Below are positions 23,607-36,735 of a stretch of 64,000 nt of DNA, piece by piece. Origin of the DNA: Fistulifera solaris (lineage: Eukaryota); the NCBI GenBank assembly GCA_030295235.1, contig AP026123.1, positions 682,001 through 746,000 on the forward strand. The letters run 5' to 3'. The translations under genes were made by a program, and so were the position numbers. The notes under the pieces are model-generated. The model was not told the DNA's origin. It worked only from the letters and a program-made list of their open reading frames with translations, and searched no databases. Numbering within the stretch: position 1 is the stretch's first letter; every line of letters starts with the position of its first letter.

Positions 23607-25981
23607 CTAACGCCCTTGTCTTTGTCGCTTTGCGAAGAGGGGGTGCTTCTTCGAAGAACCAGACGAGCTTTCGCGATACCTGAGACCACTCCCGCCACTC
23701 ATTTGCGCCATCGTAAGACCCGCTGTGCGCTTGACGCTTGCATCGGCTAAAGCGGCTCCATCTGCATTGGTGCGTCGTATAGCAGTGTCCTCCGCCCTCT
23801 GGTCCTTTTCAAGTTCTGTTTCGCTGCCAAGCACTGTGCGAAGGAGGTCTCGGTCGTTTTCTGGTGTAGAATACGCGTAGCCTTTCTCGACTGCTTCCTT
23901 ATCTGCTCGTTCGCAAAGGTTCGTTACGATTTTAAAAGTATAACCTTGGTCAATCAAGTACTGCTGACGCTTGGCCGAGTAAAACATCTCTTGTGTGTCG
24001 GTACTGACCAAGGTGTAAAAGAAAGCATTAAAAGACGACCGATTGCTACCATCTTGTTGGGTGAAGGATTTAGGTCTAAGAATGCGTCCTAACCGTTGTG
24101 CTTCTTGTCGCCGTGATCCGAAATGAGATGACACTTGGATAATAACATTCGCCTCGGGAAGATCGATTGACGTATCACCGACTTTGCTGATACAAATGGT
24201 TCTCACAGTGTCTGTTGATCGAAACGTTCCTAAAATGGCTTGTCGTTCGTACTCCGGTGTTTCTCCGTATATCAAAGGCTTCTTCAACATCTCGGCAAAC
24301 TTTTTCAAACTGTACACCAGGTCAGAGAAAACTATAATTTTGTCTCCTCTTTCCTCGTGAAAGCGAACAAGAAACTCCGTCGCTCTGAGCTTGCTCGGGT
24401 TCATTACATAGAGAAGCTGCTTCAAACGAGAGTTAGATGCCATCAAGTATTCCTTCATGAACGGGCCAGTCATGGGGCACCACACTTCAACACACTGCAC
24501 GTTGGCAAGATAGCCTTGCGCAGTAAGATCCATCCAATTTGCTTCGTAAAGCTTTGGTCCGATCAGAAAGTTCAAGTCGCTGATAAGATCGTCTTCGCGG
24601 ACTAGAGTTGCGGTCAAACCCAGTCGACAATGGGCCTTAACAGAACCAACTACGCGACGAAACATCTTGGCTGGGACGACGTGGACTTCATCCATCAATA
24701 GCAAACCCCATTCACGGGAGGTGATGATATCCATAATTTCTTGGGCTTTGTCGGAGCGTTTTCCTGAAAAGCTAACCATGGTATAAGTGGTCACCAATAC
24801 ACAAGCACCTGGGTTGATTGTATCCTTGCGATCGGACGTAAACACGGCAATGTTTTCGTCGGGAATGTTAGTCCATAGCTGAAATTGAAACTTCCACTGT
24901 AGTACAGAGACTGCGTTTGTGCAGAGACATACAACAGATTTCTTGATTGTTTGCGCCGCGGTTACTCCGGTCAAAGTCTTCCCCGCGCCGCATGGTAGCA
25001 CAATGATGCCCGACCTCGCTCTGCCGTTCCCAAACATTTTAGCTAAAGACCGCTCTTGGTACCGCCGAATGCGTGTGTGAGGTTTTAAATCGAATTGCGG
25101 TACATTGGGATTGATTTGATCGTTTCGGAAATCATACTCTTCCATGAGCGGGTAATCCAACTCAATCGCTTGCCGCTTCACTTGCTCGACGGCTTCGGCT
25201 TTTACCTGAAAGCTTACCACGACTGTAGGCTTCTTGACTTTCTGTGCTTCGTCTCTGTCTTCGTCGTCGCTATCTTCGTCGGGTTCTCGGAGTATTTGTA
25301 GATTCTCCTTCATTTCCTCTGCTTTCGTGTAAGTTGTAAAACCCTGCTCGTCTACGTTCTCCGTATCCTCCATTAATCGGGCCTGAGCAATGGTCGGATC
25401 ACGAAGAAGCTCGCGGAGAACCATAGGAAATTCGGATTCCACATAAAATCGATTGTGTTTCAAAACTAATTTGGCTTTGCCATATTTCATGGTACAATCG
25501 CGAATGAATTTCTTCACTTCTTTGGGCAGTTCATTCTTCGACAACCGTTCCAAAACGCTAATGATAGCTTCCGTTTCTATGTTGGTTGCCACAGCAGCAT
25601 ATAAGCTATAAGGTGTGAGTTTGTATCTTTGTAAAGAAAAAGGAAACCGCCGGTGAGAAAGGAAAGTCATAGCGCGCCTTGATAAGATTGAAAGAAACAA
25701 CTTACTGATGGAGAAACTCGGGTCTCGCCACAGGCTCAGCAATTGCTACTAAAAAAGTCGTAGGCAGCAGCATAGAGATCGTGAAACGCCTCCATAAATA
25801 TATTTCCATCCGGACAAGTCCAAACCGGGCGCTGAATGTGGTCGGGTTTCAAAGGAAGGTGCGAAAAATCGGCTCCTAAACCGCCGGTGCTGTTCTTGGT
25901 CAATGCAGCCTCGCGCTTCTCGGCTCTCAATACCAGTTTGCGCGCGCTGGTGTATTCATCGGGGGCATCGACATCACCCAT
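23607..25981 (-). CDS. XPB: TFIIH helicase XPB; intron ~25626-25705, frameshift ~25750
   Basis: YKLTPYSLYAAV, RSGIIVLPCGAGKTL, DEVH, LGLTATLVREDD and QEAQRLGRILR motifs. Confidence 0.96.
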
Positions 25982-26369
25982 GGCTGAAGGTAAAGGTAGA
26001 GCGAACAGAAACTTTGAATGGAATTGCTTTGCACCGCCGGTCGGAAAGAATGAAAACAATAAACAACAAAAAATTTTGCGATCCGCGTTCATCGTACATG
26101 CGTACATGCGTCAACCGTTCCATTGATTTAGTATAGACCCAAAGTGTCACTTAAATTATCCACGACTGCATTTCAGTCATGAATCTTCAGTCCGTCTGAC
26201 ATTCGCTCACCATGACACAAACCGCAAGAAAAACTCGACCATGCTTATTGTTGTTATTGGTAATAATGCTTATCATTTGGTTGGCGAAACCTATCGTTTA
26301 GACAATTGCTTTGCAGTAGATCACCTCTCGATCAAGTAGTCTTCAGAAAACTGAGTAGCTGTAGTGAGC

Positions 26370-26669
26370 ATGGCTCCGAAATTTCAAAAAGGACCGGACT
26401 TAAAACGCTTCATGGTGAGTGTTTCATTTTTTAGCGACATTGTGCGTTGCGCTCACGTTCCATTCTCACCCAAGCTGTTACAGGACAAGCGCTTGCGTGT
26501 CTCTTTGAATGGTAATCGACGTATCATTGGAACTTTGCGAGGTTACGATGCGTTCTTGAATGTGGTTTTAGAGCAAGTAGAAAATGAGGCAAATGGCGAA
26601 TATTTGGGACAAGTTGTCCTTCGAGGAAACTCGATTGTGCAGTTTGAAGGCCTTGAACGAGTATCTTAA
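26370..26669 (+). CDS. SNRPG: Small nuclear ribonucleoprotein G; intron 26415..26483
   Basis: PDLKRFM|DKRL...LRGYDAFLNVVL...GQVVLRGNSI Sm1/Sm2 motifs. Confidence 0.9.
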   Translation: MAPKFQKGPDLKRFMVSVSFFSDIVRCAHVPFSPKLLQDKRLRVSLNGNRRIIGTLRGYDAFLNVVLEQVENEANGEYLGQVVLRGNSIVQFEGLERVS

Positions 26670-26865
26670 TGTTGACTGTCGCGTGGGTTTCGAAGTTTTA
26701 TCAATTCATTTTAGAAAAAACGTTCCATCGCGTCGAAGCTTAAAAGCTACGAAAACTTGTGTAGCTACTGAAGCTTTATCAATTAATGTAACTTGTTCGG
26801 GGCCCTTAGTTACTGGACTAATCAAGACTTAATTAAATGTTTGTGCAAATTTCAATGCTCCTCCT

Positions 26866-29180
26866 CTAAACCTCGGAAACATCCGAACTTTCCGTACGGG
26901 TCACGTACTTCATTCCGATTGCTTCGTACGGACTTTTCGCTAAAGGCGTTCGACTGTGTGTGACGGACCATGCGCCCGAGGCGACTGACGAGCTCGAGCT
27001 CATATTTAGATCGTTTCCATGTACAGGTAGCTTCTCCAAGAAAGAAGAAAGAATGTAGAGGGTGTTGGGCAGCTTGAGCTCCACTGTACCCTCTGTCAAT
27101 TGTTTGCGAATCGAGCGAACGAATGCTTTGCACGTCTTCGCCCAGATCTCAAGGGCCATGGCACATGACTTAGTTCTGAACGATGAGATTCCTTTTTTCT
27201 TTTGGTATTGACGAAGTGCGGTAGCAAGCGCGTTCCCACTACGATGATGCGCTTTGACCATTTCATCACCCCGGTAGATGCCGAATCCAGCTAGGAAATC
27301 TACTTGCCAAGGGCGTAGAATGTTTTCAAGCGAAGTTGGCTCCTCAGGATTTCGCAGACCGGTGGAGTACTTGCCGCACGTACATCCAGTCCCCATCAAT
27401 GGTAAGAAGAAGTCGATCAGGTCATCCTTCCCGGCAAACAGTCCGCTCGAACAGAAACATTCGCCGTCCGCGGGAAATCTCGAATCACCAATGCTTCCCA
27501 CTCTGTTAATAATGATGTCACGGTGCCACGGTCGCCCGTCTCGCGAAGCGCTGCCAATGGCTGGCTGTGTATTATGCACCTTCGGGTGAATGTTCCGGGT
27601 CCAAGGTGAATCGGCTGGAGTTTTGATTGGCGAAGGACCAAGACTTTCACACTCCGTTCTAATGTCGGTAAGCTTGCTATCAGCCACGGAGTAGTGCTCA
27701 TCATCGTCAATTTCTACGTGTGACGGGATAGAACAGTTGTCATCGGTGTTGAACGTTTTCGTTTCTCTCGTGAGGTCCATAAAATCCGTCATGCGGCGCT
27801 TGCTGCCTTGGTTTGGTTTTACATCCCTCTCTGGACTCGGAAAAACTAATCCACTGCTTTTTCGATCAGCATCTGACATGTTGTGAAGGGTGTTACGATC
27901 GATTGAACGAGGTGCAGATTTCGACCGCTGGTATCTAGCTCCATTTCCCGACTTTCCTCTATGATCCAAAGGTGACGGAACGAAATCAAACTCAGAGTGC
28001 AAGCAATCAGTGCTGTCTTCTCTCTGGTAATCAGGATGATCTCGGTGTGTCGGTGTGTTTGCGAAAAGTGCCGATTTTGAGCGGGGTAGCGGATGTACCG
28101 CATCGACATTTTCAAGAACTTGTTGAACAGCAGTTCTAAAGTCACCACGGCTTCTGGATGCAGATCTTGTTCGACGAATGTTTCGTCCCGGGCCATCCTG
28201 ACCAGCTTCGGGTACTTGGGTTCGAGTTCTTCCTCTCGAGCTTGCTCGTGTGTCGCGACGGCTCTGAAAGTACTGTTCCCTGATTTTCGATGCTTGACTA
28301 ACACATGCAGAATCGTCGTCCGGCTTACTTTTCGAATCAGATGTACGAACTGCCGTTGCCTCATGGACCCTTCCACGTTGAAAGCTATCCCCCACAGGGG
28401 CAATTTGCTCTTCCTTAGATGTACTGCGCGATGATCTCAATGGAGAAAGCTTTCCTGGTGACAAAAAATGGGCATTTGGCTTGTCATCACTCTTTTCACG
28501 CCAGTGTTGGAGAATGTGGGCGAAGCTCTTTCTTCCTTCTTGTTTCTTTTGAATGAGTTGCGACGGTAGACTCATTCGTCGACGTGCACGCTCGTTGAAA
28601 GTGCTCGGAAATGTTGAGCTTCTTGGAGTGATCAGGGCCACCATGTTCTGTTCTCGCCATTCATTCTCCTTCTTTTTCTGCTGCATTTCTTGCTGCTTTC
28701 GCAACTCCTCTTGCTTTTCCTGTTGTTGCTGGTGTACTCTATCTTCGATCCCCCCGATGATGTCTGAAATCAGATGAGATTCAACAAGAAGCGTTGTCTG
28801 TGGTATCACCTTTTTCTCGATCCCATCAAACCCATTTCTCTCCAAATTTCATAGGCCCATTCGTACGGATCTTCGATAGTTTGAGTGGCTACACTCGTTT
28901 TGGTTGTGCGCGGCGGATTTTGAGATGCCATAATGCTTTCATGTGCAAGGGAAGGAGCAGATTCCTTGCACTCTAACAAGAATTCGAGATCTTTTGATTG
29001 CGCATTGCTCTGACTTTTACTCGATCGCTGAGGAGATTCCAACTGTTTTGCGACGTCGTTTTCCTTTTCATTGCCATGGTTCGTGGAAGTTTCTTTCGGT
29101 TTGCTGTTGTTCGATTTGGCCCCTTCACTGCTCTTCTTCGCCGAAGCAGTGTTTGGACTTCGATTCCAAAGACGAAGCAT
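26866..29180 (-). CDS. Hypothetical protein, disordered N-terminus with Cys-containing C-terminal domain; frameshift ~28815
   Basis: Long ORFs 28806..29180 and 26866..28845 overlap at a T run. The C-terminal CFCS...GCTCGK...LENILRPWQVDFL segment looks globular. Confidence 0.65.
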
Positions 29181-29968
29181 TTGTAATTCGTCTAATGTAG
29201 CACGCTTTGATTCCTCTGTTTCTTTGTAAGTGAAGGGATGTATTTGTTGTTCCTATCAAGTGGCGAGGCAAAAAGTGACGACAGAGCTCATTCATCCTTG
29301 ATTTCCTCGTTGATTTGAGTGTGGAGCATAGAGCAGTGAGAGCGAAGGTGCGGACAAAAAAAGTGTCTTGCAATTATACGTTTACGTATACTTTGATTAT
29401 CTAGGGTGTTTTTTCTAGTTTCGTACTTACAGCTTTCGCGAAGCCGTCTGTCATAAGAGTAGTAAATCTGAAAGTACCGGGACGACATAACAAACTCTAT
29501 CTCGAGAAAAGCAACGCGCAACGCCCCTGCACCTATACCGTTAACCTTTATTATGTTTAGCAGGTAGACGACCTTTCCAAGAGTGAAACACGTACCTAAC
29601 AAAAAAAATTCCAAGCATGCAGACCTACCGTCAGCAATGACAGCAATTAGAAAAGCGTTAAGGTTTCATGCATGATAAAGATAGGCGATAGGTCAATGTC
29701 GCGACAACCATCGATGTAAACAAGGCCGTGAAACAGACTATAGAGAGTGTCTGAAAACTGTAACTGCAATCGTCGATCACGAGCCAGGGAACCACCTAGC
29801 TATTACACGGGCTCTCGCAGCTAGTCTCGCCTTTAGCCTGACGCATCTAGAGCAATCTATGCAGTATTTACTCGAAGTGGTCGGTGTTTGTGAAGTATGC
29901 AACGCTCTAAACCTATTATAGCAAACCGTCGATTATAACCATCATTTATTACGAAAGAACTTTCTGAA

Positions 29969-30512
29969 TTAACTAGGTGCGTTAGCCCTTTCGTTAAAAA
30001 AACGAGTCGAATGCATCATCTGACATAGAAGCTGGAACTCCGGGGGCAGGTGCGCCTCCAAGTGGCTCGGTATCAAACAAATCTCCAGACTTCCCTGCAA
30101 CAGGCGCACAAGTCGTAGATGATTCTGCAAACAATAGATCCTCAGCGACATCTGGTTGTGGAGCTGCTGCTACTGTCGTGGTAGCAGGGGTTTCGGTCAA
30201 AGCAACCGTGTCGATATCCGTCATAACTTTTGTCAGACGATCATTGACTTCCAAACATTTCACCAGAACAGGCTCCGAAACAAATCCTTGAGCAGCGGCT
30301 TCGACTAACTGGACCATGCGTGGGGCACAAGCCTCTAAGAAACCAATTAACGACATCACAGTTGCGTCTTTTCGAACACTAGGAACAGGATTGCCGCCGC
30401 CTGGTCGCAAAAGACCCTCAATAATGTCCATTTTCTCGCAAACAGTATTCAAGTCGCTCATGATTTTATTATCGACAATGTCTTGCGACGGGGTACCAAT
30501 GGTGGACGTCAT
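29969..30512 (-). CDS. GAT-domain (TOM1-like) protein; terminal frameshift ~30000
   Basis: FLEACAPRMVQLVEAA...LVKCLEVNDRLTKVM GAT helices; DLF and DDAFDSF adaptor-like motifs. Confidence 0.7.
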
Positions 30513-30799
30513 TGTATAATACGGTTCCGGTGTGGTGAAGTTTCGGCAGACAGGCGGTGCTTAGCAATTATCGTAAGAATGCAAGCTAGCTAATCTTTCG
30601 TCGCTCTGATTTATTACTTGGGACGGGCGCTAAGTATGTAGGCTGTATGTTTTCGTTAGTTCAAAGACGAAGAGTTTCGTTCGAATGAACAAAGTAATTT
30701 CACCTTTAACGCGATGAGATGCGACGTTCGGATCTTTTGGCACGTCGCATTCGTCGCTTTTTTTCTCCCTCCAATCATAGGTAACTGTGGGGCAATAAC

Positions 30800-31890
30800 C
30801 CAGATTTTCTGTATGAATGAAATGCAACTGGTCCAGATTTTCTGGACCACTCCAGATGTTCTGTATGAATGAAATGCAACTGGTCCAGATTTTCTGGACC
30901 ACTCCAGATGTTCTGTATGAATGAAATACAACTGGTCCAGAATTTCTGGACCACTCCAGATGTTCTGTATGAATGAAATACAACTGGTCCAGAATTTCTG
31001 GACCAACCCAGATTTTCTGTATGAATGAAATGCAACTGGTCCAGAATTTCTGGACCAACCCAGATTTTCTGTATGAATAATATACCACTTGTCCAGAATT
31101 TCTGGACCACCCCAGATGTTCTGTATGAATGAATTACAACTGGTCCAGATTTTCTGGACCATCCCAGATTTTCTATATGAATGAAATACAACTGGTCCAG
31201 AACTTCTGGACCTCCCCAGAGTTGCTGTAGGAATGAAATACAACTAGTCCAGATTTTCTGGACCAGCCCAGATTTTCTATAAGAAGGAATTACAACTGGT
31301 CCAGATTTTCTGGACCACCCCAGATGTTCTGTATGAATGAAATACAACTGGTCCAGATTTTCTGGACCTTCCCAGAGTTGCTGTAGGAATGAGAATACAA
31401 CTGGTCCAGAAATTCTGGACCTCCCCAGAGTTGCTGTATGAATGAATTACAACTGGTCCAGAATTTCTGGACCTCCCCAGAGTTGCTGTAGGAATGAAAT
31501 ACAACTGGTCCAGATTTTCTGGACCAGCCCAGAGTTGCTGTAGGAATGAATTACAACTGGTCCAGAATTTCTGGACCACCCCAGATTTTCTGTAAGAATG
31601 AAATACAACTGGTCCAGAAATTCTGGACCACCCCAGATTTTCTGTATAAATGGAATACAACTTGTCCAGAATTTCTCGACCTCCCCAGAGTTGCTGTAGG
31701 AATGAAATACAACTGGTCCAGATTTTCTGGACCTCCCCAGAGTTGCTGTAGGAATGAATTACAACTGGTCCAGAATTTCTGGACCACCCCAGATTTTCTG
31801 TAAGAATGAAATACAACTGGTCCAGAAATTCTGGACCTTCCCAGAGTTGCTGTAGGAATGAAATACAACTTGTCCAGAATTTCTGAACCG
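30800..31890. repeat. Satellite, ~21 copies of a 52-bp unit with inverted core GGTCCAGA(A/T)TTTCTGGACC
   Basis: 52-bp period (e.g. 30852 to 30904) with point variants and no unique spacers. Confidence 0.95.
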
Positions 31891-32220
31891 CCCTAGACCC
31901 AGAATGCTTCGTTGGTACGGTGTACCGGTACCGGTACCGTACCGGTTCACGGTATTTGGTATGGGATTTACCTTAACCATAACCTCACGGGATTAGTTTT
32001 TGTTAGGTAACCCCCGCCGCCAAGTAAAGGACGTAGACTGTACGTCGTCCTTCTAGAAAATCAGGTACGGTAACTTGGACCAACAAATTTACTATAACTA
32101 AGCTATTAAAAAATGAACGTTTTACAGCAAAATTATAATTTCAGATTACTTCTCACGTAGGGAAATTGAAGAGCTCCAATTGGCACAACCACAGCGTCAG
32201 CGCTATCTACGTAGGATGTG

Positions 32221-32940
32221 TCATATGCCGTCCTGCAGAGACTTACATAATTCTAGCATTTGTTTGGCTTCTTGGGCTTCCAATGGCGCCCCATCGGATG
32301 ATTCGCACTGTTCTTTCAAAACTAAAGCGCGCTGACAAATGTTTCGAACCATTCGACACCATCCCACGCTCTTATCCATGTTTGCGTGAATCGCAGAAGG
32401 TGGAATCTTAATCATGTAAAGAACAGCCGGAACCATGGTTTCGTTGTCGTTCTCGTGTACCCAACCTACGGCTTTCCCTTGACGACTGGCCAAAACATGA
32501 GCACTCCCTGCAGCCCATGATTCTAATGTGTACCGTCCATCCTCTTCACTGCTAGACCCAACAATACCAGTTCCAATATGTTGCAGTTTTCGTCCAAGAC
32601 GTTGCACGCAAATAATTCGATGATTGTTGCCAAATTCGAGTAAAGGTTCCGCTTCGCTCGGTAAAGTCCATTGCCAAATGGAAAACATGACCGTTTCTTC
32701 GCCAATCTTGACAGCTTCTTGTCGCACAAGCTGTCGCTCCTGTGTTCGTTTCAAAGTCCCCTTTGTTCGTTTGAATCGATCAATCGCTTCCTTGATCTCA
32801 TTCGGAAGGACAAATCCTCCGGGCGTGACACCGCATTCATCGCAATCGCACGCGCCAAAATGGCGATCACGTTTCCTCGCAAACGTCATGGATTGTAGAA
32901 AAGCGTCCGTCTCCTCCTTTTGATTCTCCTTGGAGCTCAT
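32221..32940 (-). CDS. Hypothetical protein
   Basis: 239-aa ATG-initiated ORF with normal composition and a CDCDEC motif; no family recognised. Confidence 0.6.
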   Translation of the reverse strand: MSSKENQKEETDAFLQSMTFARKRDRHFGACDCDECGVTPGGFVLPNEIKEAIDRFKRTKGTLKRTQERQLVRQEAVKIGEETVMFSIWQWTLPSEAEPLLEFGNNHRIICVQRLGRKLQHIGTGIVGSSSEEDGRYTLESWAAGSAHVLASRQGKAVGWVHENDNETMVPAVLYMIKIPPSAIHANMDKSVGWCRMVRNICQRALVLKEQCESSDGAPLEAQEAKQMLELCKSLQDGI

Positions 32941-33335
32941 TGTTGGAAAGGTATCTATTAGTTAAAGTAAGTAATTTATTCTTGATAACAAAAGTATATT
33001 CATTCGTTTGCACTTTTCTGGTTCTTTTTTTGTGTGTTCGCAGGTTGACTTTGCTCATTCATGAGATTGCTCATTCATGAGACAGACGTCATTTCGTTGA
33101 GTGTGACGGGACTCCGCAAGTCATTTTTGGTGGTCTGTATGGCGACCGGTAGGAGGAGTTGCCAGTTGCCAAGCAAGGAAGCAAGCAAGGAAGCAAACAA
33201 GCAGCGAGGCATTTTTGTATCCAACGTACTGTACAACGCCAGATCCGACAAGCCGCGGGCGCCGTTGCGGTCATCCGCAACAACCACAACAACACGCGGT
33301 TGGATGCCTTTTGGTCGATTGAGCTTCATTTAACC

Positions 33336-36300
33336 ATGTCGGTAACCAATAGTAACGAAAGCTATTGCACATTTACGCTTCCTTCAGATGTGGCGGCAGG
33401 CGGCTTGCCATCGCAGGAAGAAATTGCGAAAGATTTGGAATCCAATGATACGGAGGTACGTTGCACGGCTTTGTTGTCGTTTATGTTCCTTTTTCGAACG
33501 ACATTGTGCAAGAACTAGTTATTCATCGTCTACCTTTAAAAAAGAGATTAGTAGAATTAGGCGGGTAGTTTTGGTTCATTTCAAACAAACATGTCTTGCG
33601 GTGTTATTTGCAATACTAACTCACTCGGGCTCACAACGCACAGGTCAAGAAGCTTGCGCTGAAGGCCGCTATTATGGCGATGCTAGGCGGTGAAGCAATG
33701 CCGAGAATCTTGATGCAAGTCATCCGATTTTGCATCAATAGTAGTGACAAGCAACTAAAGAAACTTTGCATGTTGTACTGGGAAGTTGTCCCCAAGTATC
33801 AAGAGCCAACATCGGAAGAGTTACTTGCTGCTCTTTCCGGTGGACCTCCTGCTCCTAGAAAAATGCTACCAGAAATGCTTCTTGTCTGCAACGCCCTCAT
33901 GAATGATCTCAATCATCCCAACGAGTACGTCCGTGGTAGTATGTTGCGTTTTCTTTGCAAGGTGAAAGATGAGGAGATTTTGGGTCCTTTGATCCCTTCG
34001 ATCAAGGCATGCTTGGAACACCGTCACCCCTACGTGCGCAAGAATGCGGCACTCGCTGTATTCCATGCTCACAAGCTTCACGGTGAGGCGCTCCTTCCGG
34101 ACGCTGCGGAAATCATGGCGGCTTTCATTCAGGCAGAAACGGACTTGGCCGCTCGTCGAAACGCTTTCCTCATGCTTTTCAACGAATACGAAGACCTTGC
34201 GATTGAATTCTTGGCCAGGAACATGGATAACGTCAGTCAGTATGGCGATGGGTTTGCTTTACTGGTCTTGGAATTGACTCGTCGTGTGTGCCGACGTGAC
34301 CCGATGCAAAAGTCTCGGTTTGTGAGGGTTCTGTTCGTCATGTTGTCCTCCACTTCGTCGGCGGTATCGTATGAGGCTGCATGGACTTTGGTATCGTTGT
34401 CGTCGGCTCCGACGGCAGTACGGGCGGCGGCATTGACGTACGTCAATCTTCTGAACGGACAGAACGACAACAACGTCAAATTGATTGTCTTGGAACGCTT
34501 GGAAGGACTCAAGAAGAAGCACTCCAAAATATTGCAAGAGCTTCTTATGGATATTCTCCGGGCGCTCAGTAGTCCTAATATTGACATTTGCAAGAAGGTG
34601 TTGGATATTGCCATGGACGCTGTTACGATCCGCAACGTACAAGACGTTGTCACGGTACTGAAACGTGAAGTTACGAAGACCATGGAAGACTCCGACACTG
34701 ACGGAAAGGGATCGGTGTACCGTAACCTTCTTATCCGCTCCATCCATGGTTGTGCTGCTCGATTCCCTCAGGTTGCGGAAAGCGTAGTGCACACTTTGAT
34801 GGATTTTTTGAGTACTGATTCGGGGATGCAAGTTGTTATTTTTGTCCGTGCCATCGTTGAGCACTATCCCGATTTGCGCGTTCCACTTCTCACAAAGCTC
34901 TTGGGATCATTAGAGGATGTACAGTCGAACCAGGTGCTCTGTGTTTGTCTCTGGATCTTGGGTGAATACAGCGAGACAGTGGAAGGCATTGTCGAAGCAT
35001 TTGACACCATCTCGGAACAAGCTGGAACTCCACCCTTTGTCTCGCAAGCCAAGGACAAGGATGAGGATGTCAAAGCATCTGAGCCAAAGATGATTACGAA
35101 GAATGTGGTCTTGGCGGATGGTACATACGCGACACAGACGATCTACAGCGAGGCGAAGGCCCCCGCTTTGAGCGATTCCACACCTGCGCTTCGTCGAATG
35201 CTTGTTAATGGTGATGTTTTTCTCGGAGAAATTTTGGCATCGTCCTTGACCAAGCTTTGCTTACGAGCTGAGGATATGCCTGAATTCGACGCAATTAAGT
35301 TGAAGAAGATGACCGCCGAAGCGGTTCTCATGATGTGTGGTGTAGTCAAAATGGCCGAGCTTACTGTCACAGCTCAACGCTCGAGCCTCAATGACTGCCA
35401 AGAGCGTATTACAGTGTGCTGTCGTGCTTTATTAGATCCAAAGGCAAAAAATCTGCTCAAGAAACCTTTGTTGACGGATGGGCGAAAACGATTTGCGGAA
35501 TTCCTCAAAATCTTGAAAGACAAAGAAGCGAGTGAAGCTAAGTCAAAGAAAATGAAAGAAAGTGAAGAAGTAATGACTCAGGCCGACGATCTTATTCACT
35601 TCCGTCAGCTACGAAGTATGGCCGTTCAAGGAGGCGATGTTGATTTGGATGATGGTGCTGATTTGGCCCGGGCGACTGGTTACGATAGCGCTGACTCGCT
35701 CTTGACTTCAGAGTTGAACCACGTTTACCAGTTGAGCGGTTTTGCTGATCCTGTTTACTGCGAAGCATTGGTGACTGTTCATGACTACGACATTGTTCTG
35801 GAAATTCTTGTAGTGAACCGCACGGCAAGTACCCTTTCTAATCTCACCGTGGAACTGGCGACGATGGGCGATATGAAAATTGTGGAACGCCCTCAATCTC
35901 AATCGATTGGGCCCATGGACCAGATCAACATTCGCGCTTCAATTAAAGTCAGTTCTACAGAAACGGGTCACATCTTTGGTACAATTGTTTACGACGATGC
36001 AGCTACGCAAACGAAGTGCTACATCAATCTCAACGACATTCACATGGATATTATGGACTACATTCGACCTGCCACCTGCTCAGACGAAGCGTTCCGCTCC
36101 ATGTGGGCTGAATTTGAATGGGAGAACAAGGTCGCTATTTCCACTTCGATCACTTCCCTTTTGGACTTTTTTGAACCACATTGTCACGTCGACGAATATG
36201 CGTTGCCTTACGCCACACGATAAAACGGAGAAAGGTAGCTTTTTGGCGGCCAACTTGTATGCAAAGAGGTGAGTTTCCCAGTGTTTCTGAACCCCGGATT

Positions 36301-36674
36301 CGTGTTGGATACCAGTTGCTTCTTCAATAGGTCGGCGTCCGTTAATTCCGGGGAATACAAAATGTAGTTCAGGACGAACGCCGTCAAGGCGCTCTTCTTG
36401 ACTTCTACCCTATTGCAAACACTGGCTATGTTTGCTACTGTCGAGCCAGGGTATCATGCGGTTGAAACATGTTCTGACACGTCTTTTCGTTTGATGTAAC
36501 AGTGTGTTCGGGGAAGATGCGCTTGTCAACGTGTCTGTAGAGAAAAAGGATGACAACGATGGGAAATTAGCCGGATACATTCGAATCAGATCGAAGACAC
36601 AAGGTATTGCTTTAAGCCTGGGCGATAGAATCACGTCGGTTCAACGAGGACTTGCCGAGCCGAACAAGCAGTAG
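33336..36674 (+). CDS. COPB1: Coatomer subunit beta; introns 33456..33643 and 36269..36502, frameshift ~36170
   Basis: [55 protein letters not shown] and [18 protein letters not shown]. Confidence 0.96.
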
Positions 36675-36735
36675 ATTGCGATTGAGAGGTGCGACATGGT
36701 AGATTAAATAACAATAACGCAGTGCGTTTAATCTT

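Noticed and set aside
30800..31890. CRISPR-like array of palindromic repeats
   Set aside because: The whole 52-bp unit repeats with no unique spacers, there are no cas genes, and the context is eukaryotic.
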